A program made the position numbers and the translations under genes. Of a DNA stretch of 64,000 nucleotides, positions 29,317-39,715 are shown in pieces; within the stretch, counting starts at the first letter, position 1, and each line of letters starts with the position of its first letter. The stretch spans positions 288,001-352,000 of the forward strand of contig CAYPFW010000001.1 in the NCBI GenBank assembly GCA_964410585.1, read 5' to 3'. The notes below the pieces were generated by a model, which was not told where the DNA came from, made no database searches, and was given only the letters and a program-made list of their open reading frames with translations. The DNA is from an uncultured archaeon. GTDB taxonomy: Archaea > Aenigmatarchaeota > Aenigmatarchaeia > QMZP01 > JACQNV01.

Positions 29317-30255
29317 ATGGATAGCAAGTTTATAGAAAAAGTAGGAGAAGGGTACCATAAGGTTTATGATTCTATAGTCGTTGATCCAAAACATCTTGAT
29401 ATTTTAGGGAATAAACTGACCCAAGATATACTGAAAAGGTTGTCAAAAACAAACCTTTGCGCAATGGATGTTGCCAGGGATCTGAAGGAACATGAACAAA
29501 AAATCTACTACCACCTCAGAAGGCTGGAAAAGGCTGGGATTATCAAAGTTGTTGGCACAGAAAAAAGGTCTGGAATGACAGCTAAGATGTACTCCACTGT
29601 TTCGCCTATTGTTGCTGCAAAGTTGTATGATGATGGGCACATAGTTGATAGTTTGGCACCACACACATTAGACCCGAAAATGAACAAGTTTTTTGAGCCA
29701 TTTGTAAAAGAAGGCCTTTTAGATGCAAAGATAATTGTAGGAGATCCATCCCCACATGGAAAGTACGACAAAGGGGCCAAGGATCCAATGTATGCAGCTG
29801 ATTTTTTCCTCATGATGGGCAGGCTTTTGAAAGATTTCAGGTTCCCTCATTATAAGATAGATATTGAAATCAGAGAGAGTGACCTAAAGGAAAATTTGAT
29901 TTTGCTTGGAGACCCGAAATCAAACACAATTTCTGAAAAAGTAAATGAGCACTTGCCTATTCATTTTGAGTTTGAGCCAGAATTTGTAATCAAGTCAAAG
30001 GTTAGGATAAAAAAATACAATGATCCTAGAACAGGGATTATTATAAAGTACACAAACCCTTTCAACAAGGACAAAAAAATTCTGCTTGTGGCTGGAATTA
30101 GGTCTAAAGGAATGAGGGCTGCTGTAATTGCACTTACCCAGCATTTTGATAAGATGGTTTTTGACATGGATGAAGAGGGTAATGTTTTCAGGGTTGTGGA
30201 AGGTTTAGACAAAGATGGAGATGGGATTGTTGATTCGATAAGAATTGTGGAGTGA
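29317..30255 (+). CDS. ArsR-like HTH transcriptional regulator with a C-terminal alpha/beta domain
   Basis: AMDVARDLKEHEQKIYYHLRRLEKAGII HTH; NLILLGDPKSN and LLVAG motifs; SD GGGGGT before the ATG. Confidence 0.8.
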   Translation: MDSKFIEKVGEGYHKVYDSIVVDPKHLDILGNKLTQDILKRLSKTNLCAMDVARDLKEHEQKIYYHLRRLEKAGIIKVVGTEKRSGMTAKMYSTVSPIVAAKLYDDGHIVDSLAPHTLDPKMNKFFEPFVKEGLLDAKIIVGDPSPHGKYDKGAKDPMYAADFFLMMGRLLKDFRFPHYKIDIEIRESDLKENLILLGDPKSNTISEKVNEHLPIHFEFEPEFVIKSKVRIKKYNDPRTGIIIKYTNPFNKDKKILLVAGIRSKGMRAAVIALTQHFDKMVFDMDEEGNVFRVVEGLDKDGDGIVDSIRIVE

Positions 30256-30282
30256 GAGGAGGAATCACCAAAAGCTAAGTAG

Positions 30283-30366
30283 GTGGAAGGCGTTTAAAAT
30301 TTTTGCGAATCGAAATGAGCAAAAATTTAGCCTCCTGTTTTGCTTAAGTTTTTAGGATAAAAGCTT
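30283..30366 (+). repeat. R1 module ending directly at an ATG
   Basis: GTGGAAGGCGTTTAAAATTTTTGCGAATCGAAATGAGCAAAAATTTAGCCTCCTGTTTTGCTTAAGTTTTTAGGATAAAAGCTT-ATG. Confidence 0.9.
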
Positions 30367-31053
30367 ATGAGCTTGGCGCATGCACTTTATGCAAATTTGA
30401 TTGAAGATTTGGACAGGTCTAGAGGAAATAGGGGCTTGTTGTATTTCCCTATGAAGGCAGGAGGAGAAAAATTTGGTCTGCCACTTGAATTGACTTTTAG
30501 TTCTAGAACAAGAACTGTTCCATACCTCAAAATGCCTGTGTGGTATGAGAGAAGAGAAAAAAAAGTTGTTGAACCAACAGCAGACGAATATAGGTCAAAG
30601 ATGATGTCTGTAAGATCAAGGACAGAAGGAGGAGCAGAACCTCTTCATTTTATTTGGGACGATGTTATATCAGAGGGAAAGGGAACAATGACATTCTTCT
30701 ATTGGTTAATGAGGAGGGGAGTAAGGCCAGAAAATATTGCTATTGGTTCGATGTTGGATAATGTGGGAATAACAAGAGGCCTTTGCATCGCAAGATATTA
30801 TTTTCCAGCAGAGCCTTACAAATCAATAGACCCGCTTCAAATCTTAAGGGAATTAAAAAACAAAGGAGACATACTGGAGGATCCTGATGTTCAGATAGAA
30901 AGAAGGCCAGCAAGCCCAGCTATGCCAATAATTGTACAAGATGAACAACCAGAAGAAATTGGCGGAATTTTAGAAACACTGATGGAAAAAATATCAAAAC
31001 CAAGAGGAGGGGAAGCAGTAAGAGCAGTTGTCAAAGAAAAATATGGCGTCTAA
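30367..31053 (+). CDS. Divergent phosphoribosyltransferase-like protein
   Basis: HFIWDDVISEGKGT resembles the PRPP-binding loop. Confidence 0.6.
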   Translation: MSLAHALYANLIEDLDRSRGNRGLLYFPMKAGGEKFGLPLELTFSSRTRTVPYLKMPVWYERREKKVVEPTADEYRSKMMSVRSRTEGGAEPLHFIWDDVISEGKGTMTFFYWLMRRGVRPENIAIGSMLDNVGITRGLCIARYYFPAEPYKSIDPLQILRELKNKGDILEDPDVQIERRPASPAMPIIVQDEQPEEIGGILETLMEKISKPRGGEAVRAVVKEKYGV

Positions 31054-31846
31054 AGAACTAAGAATAAGAAAAATGAGACCAACTTTGCAAGAAAAAGATA
31101 GGGCAAGGGTTCTTTATGAATTTTTGGGTGAGGAAAACCTTCAACAAATAAGGAATTTTGTAGACAGAGATCCATTGACACTATTCGGTGTTTACCAAAG
31201 AGGTATGCCATATGTAAGTGCAATGGGAGCTGCTTTAGGGATAGAAGGATATGATTTTTTTACATATCCAGTTCATGTGACAAGCGATGGAAGACAGGTA
31301 TATGGGTTTCAAAAAAATATTTTAGCTGGAAGAAAGGTTATTGTTGTTGATGAGATGTATCAAGTTGACCATGATGCAATAAGCTATAAAATTGCAATAA
31401 CCGCAAAAAGATTTAGGGAAAGGAAACAAGCTGGTATGGTGGATTTCAGGCTGGCAACTGCAAACCCATTTTCATTGAGGACAGAAAACGAGATCATAGA
31501 AGACAAATTTTTTTCAGATATTAGGAAAGGAAAGGTTGAGATTAATCCAGAAGAACTTGGACAAGATGTGTCTGTTTTTTTGAAGGCTTCCAGGGAAGAG
31601 AAATTGGATGAAAAGGATGTTGTTGTACCTGCTGGAAACCCTATTCTAGCTATTGGTTTTGTGATTAACAGATATGGGAGAAGCCCTTCAAGGGTCAGTA
31701 GGACATTTTTGCAAGAAGACGAATTGACACAACCAGAGGGGAGGATTCTTGTTGTTGGTTCAGATGAACAGGTATACAGAAGGCTTGTTGAAAGATATGG
31801 ACAAGAAAAAGTTGTTTTTAAAACGCCTTCTGACATTGTTAGGTAA
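31043..31846 (+). CDS. Hypothetical protein with degenerate PRTase-like motifs
   Basis: LAGRKVIVVDE; shares N-terminal pattern with 31961-32929. Confidence 0.6.
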   Translation: MASKELRIRKMRPTLQEKDRARVLYEFLGEENLQQIRNFVDRDPLTLFGVYQRGMPYVSAMGAALGIEGYDFFTYPVHVTSDGRQVYGFQKNILAGRKVIVVDEMYQVDHDAISYKIAITAKRFRERKQAGMVDFRLATANPFSLRTENEIIEDKFFSDIRKGKVEINPEELGQDVSVFLKASREEKLDEKDVVVPAGNPILAIGFVINRYGRSPSRVSRTFLQEDELTQPEGRILVVGSDEQVYRRLVERYGQEKVVFKTPSDIVR

Positions 31847-31960
31847 ATTTTAAGATCAATTGATTTCTAGTTAAGGATTTAAAACTTATTGTTCTACCTT
31901 CTAATAGTGAACCAAAATACACTGAACTAAAAGGTTTCACATTGATTAGTCGAGCGCTCT

Positions 31961-32929
31961 ATGGACGAAAGTATTAGGAGTCAAGTTTTGGATTTTGTTG
32001 GAAAAAATCCAGTGACTTTGGCTAACATTGCTTTTAGGATATCTGGAGATTATCCTGTTTTACATAAGAGTTTATTAGATCGCGGACTAGATGTTAGGGA
32101 GTTTAGTTTTGAAAGGGATCCGCAAACAAACTATGATTCTTCTACTCCTGCTTTAGCTGGAAGAAAGCTGCTTGTTGCTGACACTGATTTAGGTTCTGAT
32201 GACTATTTTTTTATCGCTAAAAGATTGGCAAGAACAGGATCATTTGATTTTAGATATTTAACTCAAAACCCGCAAAGGGTGCACACACCAGAAGATTTGT
32301 TTTTGGAAGCATACTCACAAGGGATGGAGATGAAACCACAAGATCTTGGAGCAGATGTTCAAAGGTTTGTACAAAAGTATAGGGAAGTTGTTGGCTCCGG
32401 TTTTAAGGTCGCTGGATCTGCAGAAACTAGAAGGCTTGCACTTGGTATAGCTTTAGCAATAAATGATCAGAGAAGAGACGTTTACACTGATTCACCCGGC
32501 AAAGACTGTCTTGTTGTTTATTTGGACAAGAGAAAGAACCCAAGAATAAGGAGAGGCGACAGGAAAAGAAAAATACTTTTGGTTGAAGACACTAGAGATT
32601 CTGCGAAAGTACTGACTGATATGATAAGAGGACATAATGATTTATATGAAATTGAAGTTTTTACAGATGCAGAAAAAGGATTGGAAAGGTTGAAGAAAGA
32701 AAGGCCCGATGTTGTAATCACTGATGTTATGATGCCTCATGTTAACGGTTTAGAGATAGCTGAAGAAGCTGGACAATTAAAAACGCCTGTAATACTTATG
32801 ACTGCTTATCCTGATAGATATGCATCAAGGGAGGCCCAAAGATTGGGAATAAGATATTTTTTTGAGAAACCGATTTCAACAGAAAAGCTGATGGACGCAA
32901 TAGAAGATTTGACTTGGGCAGTCGCTTAG
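31961..32929 (+). CDS. PRTase-like N-terminus fused to a C-terminal response-regulator receiver domain
   Basis: KILLVED, DVVITDVMMPHVNGL, ILMTAY, EKP receiver motifs; LAGRKLLVAD in the N-terminus. Confidence 0.85.
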   Translation: MDESIRSQVLDFVGKNPVTLANIAFRISGDYPVLHKSLLDRGLDVREFSFERDPQTNYDSSTPALAGRKLLVADTDLGSDDYFFIAKRLARTGSFDFRYLTQNPQRVHTPEDLFLEAYSQGMEMKPQDLGADVQRFVQKYREVVGSGFKVAGSAETRRLALGIALAINDQRRDVYTDSPGKDCLVVYLDKRKNPRIRRGDRKRKILLVEDTRDSAKVLTDMIRGHNDLYEIEVFTDAEKGLERLKKERPDVVITDVMMPHVNGLEIAEEAGQLKTPVILMTAYPDRYASREAQRLGIRYFFEKPISTEKLMDAIEDLTWAVA

Positions 32930-33026
32930 AGTGACAACATCGATAGGTAGTAACATTTTTAAAACTATTTCTTATAGTAATGTATAGATCAGACACAGGG
33001 TGTGAAATCTAAAGTGATTAGTTTAT

Positions 33027-33821
33027 ATGAGTCCAAGAAAATACAGACCAAAAACAGAAAGAGGATACAAATCAGCTGCATTTTTCGATGTAGATGGGAC
33101 TTTAGTCAGCGGTTTTTTGCTTATAGAGTTTGCACGATATTTGAATGAGAGGAACTTGTTTCCAGTACACATGGTTAGGGCACTGGAAGAAGAAGACGAA
33201 AGTTTTAGAAGCCCGCGATTGCCTTTAGATCTTGGACAAGAAATATTAGAGTTTGAAAATTTTGCAGGCCGTTTACTAAGAATATACGGCGAAGGAATTA
33301 GAAACAGGAGCAGGTATCAAATATCAGAAGAAGCTGGGAAATTTATTGGTGAAAAATCAGAAGATAGGTTCATTTATACAAAACCGCTAATAAGGCTTGT
33401 TAGAGAGTATGGATATGTTCCTGTTTTAGTAAGCGGTGGACCAGCTGAAATTGTTCAGCAATTTGCTAGAAGATTAGGTATAGAAAAAGAGTGGGTATTT
33501 TCAACAACTTATGAAGTGGACTCAGGAACGTTTACAGGCAGGGTACATACGACTGCTGCAAAGGCTGAGGAAAAAATAAAAATTGTAGATGGGTTTGCAA
33601 GGAAAAATAGAATTGACCTGGCAACATCTGCGGCTTTTGGAGATAGCATTCTCGATGTTGGTTTTTTGGGTAGTGTTAAATATAAATTTCCAATAAATCC
33701 TAGCAGGAAGCTAGCTGAAATAGCTGAAAAAGAAGGAGAGGGAAAGGGATGGTTTATTTGCGAAAACCCTGACACAGTGATGGTTGTTGTAAGTAAAAAC
33801 CTTCCAAAATTGACAAAATGA
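33027..33821 (+). CDS. HAD-IB family phosphatase (SerB-like)
   Basis: FFDVDGTL, LVSGG, FGDSILD, INP. Confidence 0.9.
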   Translation: MSPRKYRPKTERGYKSAAFFDVDGTLVSGFLLIEFARYLNERNLFPVHMVRALEEEDESFRSPRLPLDLGQEILEFENFAGRLLRIYGEGIRNRSRYQISEEAGKFIGEKSEDRFIYTKPLIRLVREYGYVPVLVSGGPAEIVQQFARRLGIEKEWVFSTTYEVDSGTFTGRVHTTAAKAEEKIKIVDGFARKNRIDLATSAAFGDSILDVGFLGSVKYKFPINPSRKLAEIAEKEGEGKGWFICENPDTVMVVVSKNLPKLTK

Positions 33822-33853
33822 TTATTTAAAACTTATTAACAAAATTTTTTGCT

Positions 33854-34672
33854 ATGGCAATACAATTTAACCGGGAAGTTGCAGAGTGGTATGATGATTA
33901 TAGAACAACCTTTTATAATTATCCAGAAGAAGCACAGACAGCAGCAGAGATAATAAGGGAATTACGGCCAGACGCTAGAAGGATATTGGAGGTTGGTGTT
34001 GGTACAGGAACATTTGCAATAGAATTAGCTAGATTGGGTTTTGACGTTGACGGAATTGACAATTCACCTTTCATGTTGAAAATAGCACAGGATAAAGTTG
34101 ATAGGGAAAAAAAACAGATACAAAGGAGAGTAAGTTTGACTACAAGAAGGTGCGAGAACATGAATTTAGAAGGTGATGGAAGACTGCATCCGCCATATGA
34201 TGCTACTTTGTCACACGGTTTGTTTATGCTTATAGGGCAAAGAGCAGGATTTGCTTATGCTTCTTATATTTTGGGAAGGGGCGAAAACAGGAAAGCATTT
34301 GAAAGGATATATCGTTATGCTGTAGATGGGAGGGAGACAGGACAAGGTGGTTTGCTTTTGATAAATACAATACGAGACTATCAACCTGAAAGAAGAGATA
34401 GAGATCCTGTTGACATACCCGGAGGTGGACAGTGGAATGTAAGAGTTGACTTAGTTCCTTATGATGATCGTGGAAGGGGACAACTTTGGACACGATATAC
34501 ACACGAAGCTCCCGGAAAACAGGCTAGAACATATTCATTCCAAAAATCAGTATTCAGGAAAGAAGAGATTGATACTGATTTGAGAGGAGCTGGATTTGAG
34601 TTTGTTGATGATAAGTTGGATAGAACAGGAACCCGCGGTTTTTATGTCTGGCAAAGAAGGGTAAATAGATAA
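33854..34672 (+). CDS. Class I SAM-dependent methyltransferase
   Basis: ILEVGVGTG, GIDNSPFML. Confidence 0.9.
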   Translation: MAIQFNREVAEWYDDYRTTFYNYPEEAQTAAEIIRELRPDARRILEVGVGTGTFAIELARLGFDVDGIDNSPFMLKIAQDKVDREKKQIQRRVSLTTRRCENMNLEGDGRLHPPYDATLSHGLFMLIGQRAGFAYASYILGRGENRKAFERIYRYAVDGRETGQGGLLLINTIRDYQPERRDRDPVDIPGGGQWNVRVDLVPYDDRGRGQLWTRYTHEAPGKQARTYSFQKSVFRKEEIDTDLRGAGFEFVDDKLDRTGTRGFYVWQRRVNR

Positions 34673-34733
34673 TATGTCTTTTTATATTATCAAAATGTAA
34701 GCTTTTTAAATACCTGAATATACTATTGTTAAT

Positions 34734-35825
34734 ATGTCTATCTTTAACTTGACAAATAAGGAAAAATTGGTTTTCTACAATCTTGTAAAATATCCTGAAC
34801 TAAATGATATTGAGCTTTCTGGAAAAACAGGCATCAAAAGGTCTACAGTCACTGCAATAAAAAATAGGCTGAAAGTTGAAAAGTATTATTCGACAATAGT
34901 GATTCCAAATGTAGCTGCACTTGGTTGTAAGGTTCTAAGTATTGTCTATGGAAAATTTAACCCTCAATATCCAAGAGAGGTAAGGGCAAAGGGAAAATCT
35001 TTTTCATCAAAACTGGAGCACCCAGAAGCTGTTTGGGTCCAAACAAGCGACACAGAAGCTTTCATACTTTATTTGTCTAAGGATTTGACAGATGCAAGGA
35101 AAGCTCAAGACTACTATATTTTAGACTATGAGGCACACAATTTTTATGATTTTGTAGAAAGGATTTTTTATCCTATAGACCTTTGTAACATTTATTCTTT
35201 TTTTGACTTTTCGACAACATTGGCTAGGTTGTTTGGTTATAAAAATGATTTACAGATTAAACCGTTGTGGAAAAGGGAGGCTGATGTTTCTTTGACAAAC
35301 ACAGAGAAAAAAATATTCCATTCAATTGTCAAATATCCTGAAGAGAACAACATTGAAATTTCAAAAATAACAGGCAAAACAAGGTCAACCGTCAGCAAAG
35401 TGAGGAAAAAACTTTTGGATCAAGAGTTGATAAAAATAGTTAATATACCAAATTTGGATAAATTGGGTTCTGAGTTGATGGTTTTCTATCATGCAAAGTT
35501 TAACCCCAAATTCACTTTGAAAGACAGAAAAGAAGGTATAGAGCTTCTTACAAAAACATCGACACCTGTTTTCCAAATAAGCGGGGACATAGAAGCCTGC
35601 GGTCTTTTTGCTTTCAAAAATTATACAGAATATACAGACCTATACAACAAAATTTTGTCATATTACAAGGAAAAACAATTCATAAATGAGAATCCTTTTT
35701 TGCTTTTTTTCCCGTTCCAGCAGTTGAAGTGGACAAAATTGGACTTTGCTTCTTTAACAGAAAAACTTCTTTTTGGGGAAAAAATAAAGAAGGAGAAGCC
35801 AATAAAAGAAAAGATTGAAACTTAG
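34734..35825 (+). CDS. Tandem-duplicated Lrp/AsnC-like HTH regulator
   Basis: Two similar halves: LTNKEK..VKYPE..RSTV..IPN and LTNTEK..VKYPE..RSTV..IPN. Confidence 0.8.
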   Translation: MSIFNLTNKEKLVFYNLVKYPELNDIELSGKTGIKRSTVTAIKNRLKVEKYYSTIVIPNVAALGCKVLSIVYGKFNPQYPREVRAKGKSFSSKLEHPEAVWVQTSDTEAFILYLSKDLTDARKAQDYYILDYEAHNFYDFVERIFYPIDLCNIYSFFDFSTTLARLFGYKNDLQIKPLWKREADVSLTNTEKKIFHSIVKYPEENNIEISKITGKTRSTVSKVRKKLLDQELIKIVNIPNLDKLGSELMVFYHAKFNPKFTLKDRKEGIELLTKTSTPVFQISGDIEACGLFAFKNYTEYTDLYNKILSYYKEKQFINENPFLLFFPFQQLKWTKLDFASLTEKLLFGEKIKKEKPIKEKIET

Positions 35826-35866
35826 GGATTCTTGGAATTTTGTGAAAAACTTTAAAAAAATCGATT

Positions 35867-36568
35867 TCAATTTGACTTTTCAGATTCTTTTTTCAGTTCG
35901 TGTTTGGCCATTTCTTTTCTGACCATTTCCTTGACTTTTTCCTTTTCGACTCCAAAGTAGCTTTCAAACTCTTTTGTGAGTTTTAAGATTTTTGTCCTCT
36001 TGAAAGGCTCTCTTTTTATCATTCCCCTTTCCTCGAGCTCTTTGACATAGTCGTATGCTTTGCTTCCCTGCATATCGATTAACTCTGATTGTTTTAGAGG
36101 CTCTTTGTAAACTATCATGGCCAAAGCTTTTTTGAGACCAGTTGATAAATCTTGGTGAGGTGTCAAACCTGAAACTTTGTGTATGAGCTCCTTTCTCACC
36201 TGCATTTGGTAGCCATCGGCCACTTCCAAAATCTCTATTCCATTTTTTGCGTAGTCATGCTTCAACTCCTCAACTATTTTTTTGACTAAACCCAAAGAAC
36301 TAACTCCAACTATTCTAGAAATTTCATCAATTTTGAGAGGCTTTGTTGAAGTGAAGAGAGCGGCCTCTATAAGCTGTTTTTCAGTTGGAACAAAAGAAGG
36401 ATCGAGGACAATTGGTTCTGGTTGTTGAATAGGCTGAACTTGCTCTTGTACCTCTTTCTCAGGAAGTTTTTTCTTTTTTTGCGGTTTTATTTCCTGAACT
36501 GCCACTGAAATTTCTTCTTCGTACAATTTTGAGAATGGGTCTATTAGAACCTCATCGAGTTTAGCCAT
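35867..36568 (-). CDS. scpB: SMC-Scp complex subunit ScpB
   Basis: IEAALF, GYQMQ, ALAMIVYKEP, TKEFESYFG; downstream of scpA. Confidence 0.93.
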   Translation of the reverse strand: MAKLDEVLIDPFSKLYEEEISVAVQEIKPQKKKKLPEKEVQEQVQPIQQPEPIVLDPSFVPTEKQLIEAALFTSTKPLKIDEISRIVGVSSLGLVKKIVEELKHDYAKNGIEILEVADGYQMQVRKELIHKVSGLTPHQDLSTGLKKALAMIVYKEPLKQSELIDMQGSKAYDYVKELEERGMIKREPFKRTKILKLTKEFESYFGVEKEKVKEMVRKEMAKHELKKESEKSN

Positions 36569-36571
36569 AGA

Positions 36572-37453
36572 TTAATTGTTGACCTTCCTTTTATTAATTT
36601 TGGATTTTGGTGAATTTGACTTTTTTGAAAAACCGTTTTGTGACTGATTTTTTGTTTCAGGTTTTGAAAAGGAAAGGCTAGGATTATTTGGTTTTTTTGT
36701 AAAATTTTCATTTTTGGGTGTAATTGACTGCACCTGGAAAAGGCTAGCTCCATTCTCTAGCTTCTTTACATAAATCTCATCGAAAAATTCTTGTTGTGTA
36801 CACTCCACCTTTTTATCGTGGTCTAAATGCATCAAAGGCATGAATGTTTCCACTATATTTTTGCTGTCCCATGAAGGTACAAGAGTTGAGAATTTTACTT
36901 CTTCATCTTTTATTTTTCCTAAAAGAGAGTTTATTTTTTCGTATAATGTTTTTATCCTATCTGACACTGTAATTTCGTTTATGACTATTTTTTCCATTCT
37001 TTTCTTAAGTCTAAGTTCCCTTCTTTCTTTTGTATCAACTATTTTTTTCAGGGAATCTATCAAATCTGTGACAGCAACTCTTCTTGCTGGAAGCCTTCTT
37101 GACGGTATGCTGAAATCACCTATATCAAGGGCAAGCCTTGTTGATTCTGTTTCTCCATTTTCGATGAAAGAGCTGTCTTCTGCTTCCTGTCCGAAGTCTA
37201 GGAATTGAAGAAAGTCTGACTTCATTCTTAGAAGAACAGCAGAAATAATTATGTATTTAGCGGGTATCCTAAAATCAATCTCGTCAACTTTGTTAATAAA
37301 TTTTAAAAATGAGTCAGATAAAACAGATAGATTTAAGTTCCAAGGGTCCAAACCCTCAGCTGCAATTATTTCGTAAACAACTTGCTCCCAAGAATAATCC
37401 TTGGTTATGTACTCCAGAATCCGTTTTTCCATCCCGTTCACGGTTGCTTGCAT
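36572..37453 (-). CDS. scpA: Kleisin ScpA with an unusual low-complexity C-terminal tail
   Basis: LDPWNLNL, SAVLLRMKSD, TFMPLMHL, QQEFFDEI. Confidence 0.9.
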   Translation of the reverse strand: MQATVNGMEKRILEYITKDYSWEQVVYEIIAAEGLDPWNLNLSVLSDSFLKFINKVDEIDFRIPAKYIIISAVLLRMKSDFLQFLDFGQEAEDSSFIENGETESTRLALDIGDFSIPSRRLPARRVAVTDLIDSLKKIVDTKERRELRLKKRMEKIVINEITVSDRIKTLYEKINSLLGKIKDEEVKFSTLVPSWDSKNIVETFMPLMHLDHDKKVECTQQEFFDEIYVKKLENGASLFQVQSITPKNENFTKKPNNPSLSFSKPETKNQSQNGFSKKSNSPKSKINKRKVNN

Positions 37454-37544
37454 ACATGATGTATTATTGTCGAACAAACTTAAATATACGCAGCCTTTTC
37501 CTTGTTTATCCAAAACAATATATCTCTTTGCACTAATTAAATGC

Positions 37545-39707
37545 ATGTTTGATTCTATTCAAAAAGTTTTGGAACTTTCTGGTTTTAGCGAACTCAATCC
37601 TGCACAAAGGGCCGCTGTAGATGCTGGTTTACTCAACGATAAGAATTTGGTTGTTGCTGCGCCAACTGCTTCTGGAAAAACACTAATTGCGGAAATCGCT
37701 GCACTGGATACAATTAAAAAAGGAAGGAAAGTTGTTTATATTGTCCCGCTCAGGGCTTTGGCAACTGAAAAATATGAGGAGTTTAGGGAAAAATATGAAA
37801 GCCTTGGAATTAAAGTTGCAATTTCAATTGGCGATTTTGATGCATCTGACAACTGGTTAGGAAGCCAGGATATAATTATTGTAACATCTGAAAAGTTAGA
37901 CTCCCTTCTCAGACATGGTACACCATGGATAAATATGGTTGGTTTACTTGTGGTAGATGAGATACATCTCCTAGATTCAGCAGACAGAGGTCCGACTTTG
38001 GAGGTTGTTTTGACAAGATTAAGACAGGTTTGCAACCCAAAGATTTTGGGCCTTTCGGCTACAATCAACAACTACCAAGATTTGGCAAAATGGTTGGATG
38101 CTAATTCAGTTAGATCAGATTATAGGCCCGTTAAATTGACAAAGGGCATATGCTTTGGAAGCAAGATTGAATTTAATTCAGGCGAAGTTTTTGAATTTGA
38201 GAGTTTGCAAGACGAACTTGATTTTATTATAAGGGATACAATGTCGAAAAATAAGCAAGCACTTGTTTTTGTTTCAACAAGAAAGTCAACAGAGTCAACA
38301 GCAGAAAGGGTTGGATCTGTTTTAAGGACAGGATTATTTGGTTTAAATCCAACTTCAAAAGAACAATTAAACGAAATTGCGAAAGAAATAGAGAGTGCTT
38401 TGGAGAATCCAACAGATCAATGCCTCAGACTAGCTAACTGTATTAGAGCAGGATCCGCATTCCACCATGCCGGATTGGTAAACAAGCAAAGGAAGATAAT
38501 TGAGGATGCCTTTAGAAAGGGATTGGTAAAAGTTGTAAGTTGTACACCCACTCTGGCTGCTGGTTTGAACTTGCCTGCATATAGGGTTGTAATAAAAGAC
38601 CTCAAAAGGTTCTCTTCTTTCAAAGGTATGGATTTTTTACCTAACTTAGAAATAGAGCAAATGTGTGGAAGGGCTGGAAGACCTAAATATGATGATAAAG
38701 GCGAAGCTATTCTTGTTCCTAAAAATCAAAGGGAATCTGTATATGCCTTGGAAAATTACATAAACGGACAAACAGAAAACATTTACTCCAAGCTTGGTGT
38801 TGAACCTGTTTTAAGAACTCATATACTTGCTTTGATAGCTTCAGGAGTTGTCACAAACAAACAAGAACTTGAAAACTTTTTCAAAAAAACTTTCTATGCA
38901 CACCAATTTAAAGATTTTGACCAGTTAAAAATAAAGTTGGATAAGATGTTGAATTTATTGGTGAAGTTTGGATTTGTTTCGACAGATCAGGAAAGCGATG
39001 ATAGCCCTTTCAAAAGAGCAAACTCACTGACAGAAGAGAAGAAATTAGAACCAACTAAAATTGGAAAAAGGGTTTCTGAACTATACATAGATCCTATAAC
39101 TGCCAATTATTTGATAAAAGTTTTTGAAAGGGTAAAAACAGACGGTGTAAGCTGGTTTGGTATGTTGCATATAATGGCTAGATGCATGGAGGCTAGGCCA
39201 CTTATTTCTGCAAAGAAAAAAGATGCTGAGATATTAAATGAGATTTTAGCGAAGGAGATGGATGGATTGATAGATAAGATGCCTAACGAGTGGGATGTTG
39301 AATATGAAGACTACATGGATTCTGTAAAGACTGCTACTGTTTTTTATTATTGGATAAATGAAATGGGCGAGGACAAAATATTAGAAGAGTTATCTGTCAC
39401 ACCAGGAGAATTGAGAGCTAGGTTGGATATACTTGATTGGTTGCTTTATTCTTCAACTGAATTAGCTCTCCTATTAAACCATATGGATATGCTGAAAAAT
39501 TTGAAAAAACTTAGGGTGAGAGTGGAATATGGAATAAAAGAAGAGCTTTTACCATTAATAAAACTAAAAGGCATTGGAAGAGTAAGAGCACGACAATTGC
39601 ATTCTGCTGGCTTGAAGGATATTGGCGATCTGAAAAAGGTTCATATAGAGAGTTTGCAGAGGCTTGTAGGTACTAAGACTGCGGAAAAGATAAAGGAGCA
39701 GTTATAA
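37545..39707 (+). CDS. hel308: Ski2-like DNA helicase Hel308
   Basis: APTASGKT, DEIH, LSAT, FHHAGL, QMCGRAGRP, C-terminal HhH GIGRVRAR. Confidence 0.95.
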   Translation: MFDSIQKVLELSGFSELNPAQRAAVDAGLLNDKNLVVAAPTASGKTLIAEIAALDTIKKGRKVVYIVPLRALATEKYEEFREKYESLGIKVAISIGDFDASDNWLGSQDIIIVTSEKLDSLLRHGTPWINMVGLLVVDEIHLLDSADRGPTLEVVLTRLRQVCNPKILGLSATINNYQDLAKWLDANSVRSDYRPVKLTKGICFGSKIEFNSGEVFEFESLQDELDFIIRDTMSKNKQALVFVSTRKSTESTAERVGSVLRTGLFGLNPTSKEQLNEIAKEIESALENPTDQCLRLANCIRAGSAFHHAGLVNKQRKIIEDAFRKGLVKVVSCTPTLAAGLNLPAYRVVIKDLKRFSSFKGMDFLPNLEIEQMCGRAGRPKYDDKGEAILVPKNQRESVYALENYINGQTENIYSKLGVEPVLRTHILALIASGVVTNKQELENFFKKTFYAHQFKDFDQLKIKLDKMLNLLVKFGFVSTDQESDDSPFKRANSLTEEKKLEPTKIGKRVSELYIDPITANYLIKVFERVKTDGVSWFGMLHIMARCMEARPLISAKKKDAEILNEILAKEMDGLIDKMPNEWDVEYEDYMDSVKTATVFYYWINEMGEDKILEELSVTPGELRARLDILDWLLYSSTELALLLNHMDMLKNLKKLRVRVEYGIKEELLPLIKLKGIGRVRARQLHSAGLKDIGDLKKVHIESLQRLVGTKTAEKIKEQL

Positions 39708-39715
39708 ATTATTTT

